Shown here: positions 50,540 to 58,672 of the stretch, piece by piece
How the letters are laid out: every line of letters begins with the position of its first letter
Position numbering within the stretch: the stretch's first letter is position 1
DNA from: a virus
Virus record (IMG/VR): IMGVR_UViG_3300020045_005677
Location: 32,001-96,000 of that record
DNA length: 64,000 bases
Strand: one strand, 5' to 3'
Made by a program: the position numbers and the translations under genes
Notes under the pieces: model-generated
Database searches by the model: none
What the model was told of the DNA's origin: nothing
The model's input: only the letters and a program-made list of their open reading frames with translations

Positions 50540-51247
50540 ATGTTTAAATTGGATAATTATATTATTAGTCAGTCTATGATATTAATATCTAAAGACTTAG
50601 ACAATAGCATTAAGAATATTATAACTTGTCAAGGTAGAAATAATGTTAGAGTATTTGGAGAAGCTAATAAACTATTTACAGTAGACTTAGCTAAGAAAGT
50701 AATAATTGAATCTTATAAAACATCTGATTTTAATAAGTATGTAATATTAGTAGGCACATCATTTAGAGAAGAAGCTCAGAATGCTCTTTTAAAGCTACTA
50801 GAAGAACAAACTAAAAATCATATATTCATTATCTTGGTAAACAATAATAATGTCTTATTGCCTACTGTATGTAGTCGTATGCCAGTATATTATATTTCTG
50901 AAATTAAGAAAGTTAAAAAAGATAAAGAAGTAATAGATTATTTAAATCTAAATGAAAAGATGATGATTAATTTATTATTAAAACATAAGAATATTAAAAA
51001 GGATGAAGTAAAAGAAACTATTAGTAGTATTATAATTGCAGATGGTATAAATAATAGACAGAGCTTTAATAGTAAAGTATTAAATAGTTTTACTACACTA
51101 ATTAGATTATTAGATTTAAACTCTAGACCCTTAAATATCTTTACTGTATTTTTAACTAACTTAAATAAAGTAAACAAGAAGAGAAATAGTAATGAAAAAA
51201 ATAATGATAATGTTGTTAATAGTATTTGGAATAGTAGTAAGTATTAA
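50540..51247 (+). CDS. holB: DNA polymerase III delta' (clamp loader) homologue, short Campylobacterota type
   Basis: SFREEAQNALLKLLEE, LLPTVCSR (SRC motif) and C-terminal LNSRP; short, with no Walker A, like Campylobacter/Arcobacter HolB as recalled. Confidence 0.85.
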   Translation: MFKLDNYIISQSMILISKDLDNSIKNIITCQGRNNVRVFGEANKLFTVDLAKKVIIESYKTSDFNKYVILVGTSFREEAQNALLKLLEEQTKNHIFIILVNNNNVLLPTVCSRMPVYYISEIKKVKKDKEVIDYLNLNEKMMINLLLKHKNIKKDEVKETISSIIIADGINNRQSFNSKVLNSFTTLIRLLDLNSRPLNIFTVFLTNLNKVNKKRNSNEKNNDNVVNSIWNSSKY

Positions 51248-51290
51248 TATAGCTATGACTAGCATTATGCTTATAGATGCAGTAAAGTAA
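51192..51290 (+). CDS. Possible 32-aa single-TM peptide
   Basis: MKKIMIMLLIVFGIVVSINIAMTSIMLIDAVK; overlaps the holB 3' end; below the track length cutoff. Confidence 0.4.
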   Translation: MKKIMIMLLIVFGIVVSINIAMTSIMLIDAVK

Positions 51291-51402
51291 ATAGACGGCA
51301 AAGTTAATGTACTAGACATAGTGTTAGAAGCTATGTCTAGTAATACTCTTTGTGCCTCCGTGTCAGAACAGTAGGTCTTTATTGTTTAGAATATAATAAA
51401 AT

Positions 51403-51412
51403 CACATATTAT
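51403..51412 (+). promoter_or_regulatory. Phage promoter motif CACATATTAT
   Basis: Copy of the recurrent motif upstream of the small-gene cluster. Confidence 0.65.
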
Positions 51413-51511
51413 ATTCTAGGATAGAACATTCTGTTGGTTGCTCTGGTACCCATTCTATTTGTAAACCGTAAAAAACAAATAGAATTTTAAAAAAAATTTA
51501 AAAGGAAAAAT

Positions 51512-51775
51512 ATGAATAGTAATAGTACTATAACTAAACATAATGATAACATACTTCTAATAGCAAGCGGATTAGTAAAAGAAGTATCCATCAAAGGTAT
51601 AAGACTATATCAAAATTTTAATTTAGCTATAGCAGAAAAGGAACCAGTAGTGTTGAATTTAAAAGATTCAATTAGATTAGTAAATCAAATATCTGAAACA
51701 AGTAATATATCTGGAGACTTAAAAGATATTGTAGCTTATAACGATATTATTAATAGCTGGAAGTATCAATCATGA
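51512..51775 (+). CDS. Hypothetical protein
   Basis: AAGGA RBS. Confidence 0.65.
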   Translation: MNSNSTITKHNDNILLIASGLVKEVSIKGIRLYQNFNLAIAEKEPVVLNLKDSIRLVNQISETSNISGDLKDIVAYNDIINSWKYQS

Positions 51776-52095
51776 AAAAGTTTAGATTAACAAAGAGTGT
51801 TAAATCAGCATTAAGAATATATATTTTAGAAAATAAAAAATATAAAATGTGTACGATTAATGCTGTAAAAATTATTAATAAAAATGTAGTGGTTAATACT
51901 ACTGTGCTTATTAAAGATGGTGACTTTGAAGAAATAGAAGTACCTATTAAAAGAAGAAAAGCTCTTAGAGTAGTAAGAAATTTTTTAGCTATACCAAAAG
52001 CGTCTTCTGACTACTCTACAAGATATTATCCACCTGCTCCAATGCCAATTAAATCTTATGGCGAAACAGAGACTAGATTTTCTAGAGGGTTATAA
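51772..52095 (+). CDS. Small basic protein, paralogue 1 of 3
   Basis: MKK.RLT...K..+..Y and PIKRRK.LR..R motifs shared with the next two ORFs. Confidence 0.75.
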   Translation: MKKFRLTKSVKSALRIYILENKKYKMCTINAVKIINKNVVVNTTVLIKDGDFEEIEVPIKRRKALRVVRNFLAIPKASSDYSTRYYPPAPMPIKSYGETETRFSRGL

Positions 52096-52440
52096 ATGAA
52101 AAAACTTAAATTAACTTTATCTATGCAATTTGCTATTGAAAATTATTTAAAAAATAAAGATGAGATATCTGGAAGAGTATTATGTCGTAGCTTAAAGCTA
52201 GCCAGAGGTAATATTATTATGGAAGTTGATATTATTAAAGGTGAAATAATAAATGGTATGCCACGAATAGTTAAAGATTACACTCTCTATATACCAATTA
52301 AAAGAAGAAAGCTATTAAGGCTATCTAGAAAATGGAAAAGAATACTTATGGCTAATAGAGAGAGACTCCGTAACAGTTTACTTGGTGGTGATTTTGATGG
52401 AGATTGGAATTGTGATGGAGACAACTTCTCTTTAGTTTAA
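52096..52440 (+). CDS. Small basic protein, paralogue 2 of 3, with GGDFDGD tail
   Basis: MKKLKLT...PIKRRKLLRLSRKW; tail GGDFDGDWNCDGD. Confidence 0.75.
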   Translation: MKKLKLTLSMQFAIENYLKNKDEISGRVLCRSLKLARGNIIMEVDIIKGEIINGMPRIVKDYTLYIPIKRRKLLRLSRKWKRILMANRERLRNSLLGGDFDGDWNCDGDNFSLV

Positions 52441-52454
52441 GATAAAGGAAAAGT

Positions 52455-52694
52455 ATGAAAAAACTTAGATTAACAAAAGATGTTAAATTTGTAATTAAAA
52501 ACTATCTCTCTATTAATTATGCACTTATGATACCACTTGATGACAAAAAGTGTTTTATAATTGTACAAAAAAGAAATAATATAAAAGTATTCAGTAATGA
52601 TGAATTACAGATTGTACTAAATAGAAGAAAAGTATTAAGGCTAGTAAGAAAATGGAATAAGATATTCCATTGGGATAGATATTCTAAAAGATAG
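52455..52694 (+). CDS. Small basic protein, paralogue 3 of 3
   Basis: MKKLRLTK...NRRKVLRLVRKW. Confidence 0.75.
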   Translation: MKKLRLTKDVKFVIKNYLSINYALMIPLDDKKCFIIVQKRNNIKVFSNDELQIVLNRRKVLRLVRKWNKIFHWDRYSKR

Positions 52695-52786
52695 TCTTTA
52701 GGTGCTATAATAAGCTAACAATAAATTAACCAAATTCCAAAGGTTTAATTTTAAAATAACTAAATTTAAAAGGAAGATATAAAAAT

Positions 52787-53068
52787 ATGGAAGAATTAAA
52801 AAATAAACCAGCAAAAACTATTTCTAAGTTTCAAAAAGCTAAGAAAGAAGTAAAAGCATTATACGAAGAGTTGAAGGCTAAAGATAGTTCTGTTAGAATA
52901 TCTACAGTATATAATAACTATGCTGTTGATAAGAAGTTTAAAACTTGGAATTCGTTGGTTGCTATATTAAAGCAAGAAGATTATAATAATGGTGTATGTT
53001 GGAATTGTGCAGACTTTGTTCCTACTACTAGTAAGTATAGATGTCCAGAATGTGGAAAAGGTAAATAG
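52787..53068 (+). CDS. Small protein with C-terminal zinc ribbon
   Basis: CWNC...CPECG. Confidence 0.7.
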   Translation: MEELKNKPAKTISKFQKAKKEVKALYEELKAKDSSVRISTVYNNYAVDKKFKTWNSLVAILKQEDYNNGVCWNCADFVPTTSKYRCPECGKGK

Positions 53069-53070
53069 TC

Positions 53071-54348
53071 ATGTCAGTACCTAGAAGAGTAAGAAGAGGA
53101 ATTATTAAATCTTTAATTAAAGAAAAAGGTGGTGCTGGTTATTTCGATACTATATCGAATTTAGATAAAAAATCTAAGATTGGTACTAATCCTAATTATG
53201 CATTGGAGTTAACTAATAATAAAATCTTTTCTAAATTTATTTTAGATAAAATAGAGTATGCTAAAAGCTCTGGTATTAAACATAATGAGACTACTTCTAA
53301 ATTAGCAGAAGTATTGTATAGATATAAAACTCATCTATTAAGAAGTAAAGAAGGTTTATCTATTGTTGAACTTAATTCAGATGGACATCTACAAGAGAGA
53401 TTGGAAGTATTATATAAGATATATGCAGATGATTTAGAATCTGAATTTATAGAAGAGAGTGAAAACGATAGAAAAGCAATTACAGCATTCTTATTTTCTT
53501 GTTTAGGTCTATATAAAATATGTGAATTTAATTTAGATAAAACACATATAGAATCTGGCAAGATAAAAGGTGGATACACTCAAGAGATTTATGATACTTT
53601 TAAAGTAATGACAATAAACGATAGTACTGGTGGAGCTAGTATTATTAAAAAGATGTTAAAAGTAAATTGTGATTTTAATTCATTTAGTAACAACAAGGTA
53701 TTAAAGAAAATTAATAATAAAATACTAGATGTAATTGTTCAATATGTACCTGAGTTGGAAGACACTATTATTAAGGATAGTTCAAATTGTATATCTAGAG
53801 CAATAGAGATACTAAACACATTCCAATATACAGATAAACAAAATGTAGATAATGAAGTATTGTTTACATTAATCTATTATTATCATATTGCTAAAGCCAT
53901 GAAAGATAAAGAATGTGGTAAAGAGGAAATATTCTTAGTAGACATGATTGAATCATATGCTGTAGTATTAAATCAATTATTAGATAGTAGCTATAGACAT
54001 TCTATATTGGTAGATAATATTACTACTAATCCATACATTAAATTAATTAGTGTATCATTATTAGGAGTACCAACTATTGAGAGAACTATTAGATTAGCTG
54101 TTAAGGGAAAATTAGATAGAAGAGAGTATGATTCTAAATTATCTGTAAATAACTTTACTGCATTAGTAGATGAAGGAATAAGAGAGATTATTTCATTATT
54201 GAATAGTGAAGATATAAATATTTTATTTAGAAATACTTATATAGAAGACATAAGTAATATTGTTAATTATCTAAATAGAAATAAAACAGAAAAGATAATA
54301 AGACAATACAAGTTGATTAAAGAGTACAAAGAACATATAGAGTATTAG
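53071..54348 (+). CDS. Hypothetical protein
   Basis: 425-aa ORF. Confidence 0.75.
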   Translation: MSVPRRVRRGIIKSLIKEKGGAGYFDTISNLDKKSKIGTNPNYALELTNNKIFSKFILDKIEYAKSSGIKHNETTSKLAEVLYRYKTHLLRSKEGLSIVELNSDGHLQERLEVLYKIYADDLESEFIEESENDRKAITAFLFSCLGLYKICEFNLDKTHIESGKIKGGYTQEIYDTFKVMTINDSTGGASIIKKMLKVNCDFNSFSNNKVLKKINNKILDVIVQYVPELEDTIIKDSSNCISRAIEILNTFQYTDKQNVDNEVLFTLIYYYHIAKAMKDKECGKEEIFLVDMIESYAVVLNQLLDSSYRHSILVDNITTNPYIKLISVSLLGVPTIERTIRLAVKGKLDRREYDSKLSVNNFTALVDEGIREIISLLNSEDINILFRNTYIEDISNIVNYLNRNKTEKIIRQYKLIKEYKEHIEY

Positions 54349-54605
54349 GAACTATCCTAATACTCTATATGGGTATTCTTTTTTTTATTTGTTTTATACA
54401 AGTTTCGAAAGCTTAGGAGAAAACTGTCAACATGAAACATAAAACATTACTTAAAGGGAAAATTGAAATATTATAACGGTGCAATTATAAAATACTTCAT
54501 AGAAAGATTATAATTAATTTATATAACTATTTACATAAAAATTATTTGAACTATGGACTAGGTATCTATATATGGTACTTATAAATAATATTTTTAAATA
54601 AGGAA

Positions 54606-56183
54606 ATGAATATGGCAAATGGTAACTTTATGCATGGGTTTTTAAACGACATGGAAATGGGTGAAGAAATTGACCCAAGTACTACACCTGATACTATAGT
54701 GGAAGAAGTAGTAGATGCTAATAATGAAGTAATAGAATCTAGTAAAGATTTAAAAGCATTAACTAATGCCAATACTGAATTAACAGAAATCAATAATGAA
54801 ATGGATGTAGCATTAGAATCAAATGCTGGACCTGCTGTAATGAGATTAATATTAAACAGATATGCTAACCTTAAAAGCAAATTAGGTATTCCTGTGTCTG
54901 GATTAGAAGCTGATAGTAAAAACCTAGATGTAACTGCAGATGATGTAAAAAATGCTAAAGAAGAATCTAAAGGTGTATTTGCTAAGATAGGTGATTTTAT
55001 TTCTAAAGTATGGAAGGCTATTAAAGATGGTATTGCTAAAGTATGGTCTAAGATGAAAGAATTCTGGGCATGGTTAACTGGTAAAAATAAAAAAGCTAAA
55101 AATCAAATTGTTAAAAGCGAAATAGCTAAAGCAGTAGTAAACGTAGCTGCTGACACTAAAGTAGATTTAGAAAACAAAGAAGAGTTGTCTCAAGCAGTTA
55201 AGAAAGAGTTAGACAAAACAGGGATTACTGATTTACCAACTTTTAAAGAGTTTGATGAAATGATGCTTGACCCGACTGTAGTGATTAGTTTAGACACGAT
55301 GAAGGCAGTAAGAGCTGAGCCAGCTAAAGCTAAGAAAACCTTAGAAGACTTAATGAACAAAAGAATAGAAGAAAGATTTCAAGAAATATCTGGACAATTT
55401 GTTTCATCTGCAGCATTAACTTATGGTTTAAATATTTTACAAGGTGATGGAGTAGTTAAATTAGGAGATATAAATGCCAATGATTTATTAGATATATTAG
55501 CTTCTAATAAAAATGAAAATACTAAAGATGCAAAAATTAATGTTGGCAAAGGTATTGAAAAGGTTATTAAAAGAAATCTAAGTATGTTAAACGATGCTGA
55601 AGCATATATAACAAACTCTGACACACTATGCAACGAAGGTGCTCTTGCTTTTGAAAAAATAGCAGATAGAGAAAAAGAAGAATGCATAATGATTTCTGAA
55701 TTAATAAACAATGAACTTAAAAAACCTGGAGATACTTCTACAAGACCAATCTCTATATCTTTTAATACTGTTGTTTCTGCTAAATATGATAGAGGTTTAA
55801 GTGTTAAGCTATTAAGTCCTGTTTATACTTATAATAAAGATATTGATTCTGCTATGTATTTATTAAAAGAACTTAAAGTTCCAAAATGGACTCCATTAGG
55901 ATATAATGTAACTTGGGAAGCAGAGGTAAGCAGTAAAACCATTGATTCTGTAAAAAAAATATCTGAAGATACTATAAAAATAGTTGATGCTACTTTAAAG
56001 ACTGTAGAATCTAGTAAAGATGTTTCTAGAGCTGCTGCTTTATTAGCTAAGCAAATGGCTAATAATACATCTATCTTAAGTGCTTCGTTTGCTACAGCAT
56101 TAAATCAACAATCTAAACTATTTTCTGATGTGGTAGACATGCTGGATATTACTGATGCTATAGCTGAATTAGCTAAACAATAA
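54606..56183 (+). CDS. Internal head protein paralogue (gp93/gp162-163 type)
   Basis: Acidic propeptide with ALES and SGLE motifs, then WKAIKDGIAKVWSKMKEFW helix. Confidence 0.7.
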   Translation: MNMANGNFMHGFLNDMEMGEEIDPSTTPDTIVEEVVDANNEVIESSKDLKALTNANTELTEINNEMDVALESNAGPAVMRLILNRYANLKSKLGIPVSGLEADSKNLDVTADDVKNAKEESKGVFAKIGDFISKVWKAIKDGIAKVWSKMKEFWAWLTGKNKKAKNQIVKSEIAKAVVNVAADTKVDLENKEELSQAVKKELDKTGITDLPTFKEFDEMMLDPTVVISLDTMKAVRAEPAKAKKTLEDLMNKRIEERFQEISGQFVSSAALTYGLNILQGDGVVKLGDINANDLLDILASNKNENTKDAKINVGKGIEKVIKRNLSMLNDAEAYITNSDTLCNEGALAFEKIADREKEECIMISELINNELKKPGDTSTRPISISFNTVVSAKYDRGLSVKLLSPVYTYNKDIDSAMYLLKELKVPKWTPLGYNVTWEAEVSSKTIDSVKKISEDTIKIVDATLKTVESSKDVSRAAALLAKQMANNTSILSASFATALNQQSKLFSDVVDMLDITDAIAELAKQ

Positions 56184-56200
56184 TTATAAGGAAAGAAATT

Positions 56201-57514
56201 ATGAATGATGAATTAACTCTAATGGAAGATAGTGAAGCAGAAAGTGCATACTCTGACCAAATTGATACACTAACAGATGTAATTACTGATACTAGTGAAA
56301 TTATGTCAGATACAGAGACTATGGTAGCTGCTCAAGAAGCTGGACTATTATCTTCAGTAGCATTAACCATGTATACTGGTAGAGTAGAAAACTACTTAAC
56401 TAGAAACTTTGGTAGTAAAGAAAATAGAAGTATTAATCTATGTATTAATATAGCTGGTTTAGAATCTGATAATCCTGCTGACTTACAAGCTGGATTAGAA
56501 GGTATTAAAGAAGTATTAAAAGAAACTGGTAAAGTATTATGGGATATGATTAAGAAAGCATTTGCTAACTTTGTAAACTTCTTTGCTAGTATGTACAATA
56601 AATGGCAAACTAGAACTGGTGCTATTGAAAAGCAACTAAATGAACTATTAAAAAGTCAAGCTCTATATGGTACCATTAAAGTAAAAGGTAGTGATTTAAA
56701 TGCTATCTATGATTTATATCCAATTGCAGCTACAGCTACTAATGCATCTAATACTGATGCAAGAGAACCATTAGACTTATTATCTAATTTATTAACAATG
56801 GCTAATGAAGTTAAACTTCCTAATGTATCTTTAGCTGCTAAAGTTGGAGAAAGACTAGATAACTTGCTTTCTAAGCTTAGTTTCTTTTCTTATTCTAATA
56901 TGGAAAAGCCAGAAACTTTAGAACAATCTATTCTTGGTCTTTTGGATTCTAAAAAAATAATTACAGATATAGGTGCTCTAAAATCTAGTACTAGAATTAT
57001 TAGTATGTCTAAAGCAGCTATAAATACAATTACTTTTGGTAATTCTGGAGAATTAATTCTTTTAGGTAATAACATAGATGAAGTAGCTATGTCTAAAGTA
57101 GAATCAACTATTAAAAGATTTGAAGATGAGAAAGAATATGAGATAGATGGTAAAGCATTTAAAAAATTAATAGATGAAGTAATATTGGCTATTAAAAATT
57201 TAAATGGTAAATTTAGAAAAGAATCTGAAAATAGAATAGATGGTCTTAAGAAAGCATCTGATGAATTAATGTCAGTGATGAGTAAAGTGTCAAGAGCTAC
57301 ATCAGGAGATATTGGTGGAGATGAAGAGTTTAATAAAGAAAAATGGCAAATGGCTAACAAAGAGATAAATGATGTTTGGAAAACATTACCTAGAATTGTA
57401 AATCAATCTACTAAAAATCTTTTTGATACTATTAGTGTTATTTCTAGTACGGTTATGAAATTAACTGGTACAAAAGATGACTCTATTGAAGATAAAGAAG
57501 AAGAAACAAAATAA
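56201..57514 (+). CDS. Internal head protein paralogue
   Basis: AGLES and AGLEG motifs, then WDMIKKAFANFVNFF helix. Confidence 0.7.
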   Translation: MNDELTLMEDSEAESAYSDQIDTLTDVITDTSEIMSDTETMVAAQEAGLLSSVALTMYTGRVENYLTRNFGSKENRSINLCINIAGLESDNPADLQAGLEGIKEVLKETGKVLWDMIKKAFANFVNFFASMYNKWQTRTGAIEKQLNELLKSQALYGTIKVKGSDLNAIYDLYPIAATATNASNTDAREPLDLLSNLLTMANEVKLPNVSLAAKVGERLDNLLSKLSFFSYSNMEKPETLEQSILGLLDSKKIITDIGALKSSTRIISMSKAAINTITFGNSGELILLGNNIDEVAMSKVESTIKRFEDEKEYEIDGKAFKKLIDEVILAIKNLNGKFRKESENRIDGLKKASDELMSVMSKVSRATSGDIGGDEEFNKEKWQMANKEINDVWKTLPRIVNQSTKNLFDTISVISSTVMKLTGTKDDSIEDKEEETK

Positions 57515-57522
57515 ATATAAAA

Positions 57523-57559
57523 ATATACATCAGTATTCTATTTGGATACTGATGTATAT
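57523..57559 (+). terminator. Terminator hairpin (16-bp stem, one G-U)
   Basis: ATATACATCAGTATTC-tattt-GGATACTGATGTATAT plus T-tract. Confidence 0.75.
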
Positions 57560-57574
57560 GTATTTTTTTTCAAT

Positions 57575-57593
57575 CACATATTATTAAATTAGT
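57575..57593 (+). promoter_or_regulatory. Extended phage promoter CACATATTATTAAATTAGT
   Basis: Exact 19-mer repeat. Confidence 0.75.
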
Positions 57594-57623
57594 ATTAATC
57601 TTATAAATTAAACGGAGAGCATT

Positions 57624-58613
57624 ATGGACAATAAAGGAGAGGTAATATTATTAGGAAGGACCATTAGCAACTTCCCATTAATATCAATAGGTACTGGATT
57701 AGCATTAGAGACACTAACTAAACCAGATGAAGGCTATTACGATGTAGAAAGAAAGATAGAATATATAGTAAAAGAGAATGAGTATAAAACAGTTTGGATT
57801 AATGCTTATACTATTTTAAGAAACATACTATCATCTATAGCTACAACAGACGAGAGACATGACTTTCTATCTATTAAAGATAGTACAATATCTTTAGTAA
57901 CTGTATTCTTAGAAGAGTATACGGAAGTAGAAAGACTATTAAGAAGTAAGAATTATAATCCAGTATTAATTATACCAGATTATAGTAAAAATAAACAATT
58001 AATAGAGAGTGAAAGATGTGTATTTAATATAGACAATGAAACATTGACTAGTGCTACCTTAAAAGCTATTAAAAATGCTATTAAGCTAATCAAGAAAGAT
58101 TATTATTCTAGTATATTAACTGGTGTTAAAAATCATATCTTAGAAGGTACCGATAACTCTAATTCTAAATCTCAATATTTGGATAGTGTAATATCTGAAT
58201 TAAAATCAACAGCTAAGCTAAAGATAATTACTACTGGTAGAGATTTAATATTAACACACTTCTATATAGATTTATTAAATATTAAATACTTAACATCATT
58301 AACACTATTAGAATCACATACTGGTAGATTATATAGTAAAAAAGATTTTAACAGAAAGTATGCTGATTTATCTAGTTTAGATTTTAGTACTGTAATTCCA
58401 TTTACAGAAAAAGAGTATTATGTATTTGGAGATAATAATTTAATTAAACCTTATCCTGCTAAGATAAGAAAATTAATACATACTCTATTTATAAAGGAAC
58501 ACATTAATCCTACATCTAAAGCTCCCAATACAGATAGAGCTATTAAGAATGGATTAACTACATTAGGTAAGGAGTTTGTAGATGAATACAAAAGTCTAAA
58601 AGTCTACTATTAA
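57624..58613 (+). CDS. Conserved chimallivirus protein (possible PIN/FEN-like nuclease fold)
   Basis: SIGT.LALE, WIN..T..RN, TH...DLL, LLESHTG and VFGD motifs recalled from phiKZ-like core genes upstream of gp67-68. Confidence 0.55.
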   Translation: MDNKGEVILLGRTISNFPLISIGTGLALETLTKPDEGYYDVERKIEYIVKENEYKTVWINAYTILRNILSSIATTDERHDFLSIKDSTISLVTVFLEEYTEVERLLRSKNYNPVLIIPDYSKNKQLIESERCVFNIDNETLTSATLKAIKNAIKLIKKDYYSSILTGVKNHILEGTDNSNSKSQYLDSVISELKSTAKLKIITTGRDLILTHFYIDLLNIKYLTSLTLLESHTGRLYSKKDFNRKYADLSSLDFSTVIPFTEKEYYVFGDNNLIKPYPAKIRKLIHTLFIKEHINPTSKAPNTDRAIKNGLTTLGKEFVDEYKSLKVYY

Positions 58614-58672
58614 ATCGAGGATTTGATATAATAGTATTTGTTAAAATAAATATAAAATTTAAAGGAAAATAT

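Noticed and set aside
51772-52694. Diversity-generating retroelement behind the tandem paralogues
   Set aside because: No reverse transcriptase in the window and no near-identical template/variable repeat pair with A-specific changes.
54431-54475. 14-aa uORF (MKHKTLLKGKIEIL) upstream of the head-protein pair
   Set aside because: Too short, RBS spacing long, no independent support.
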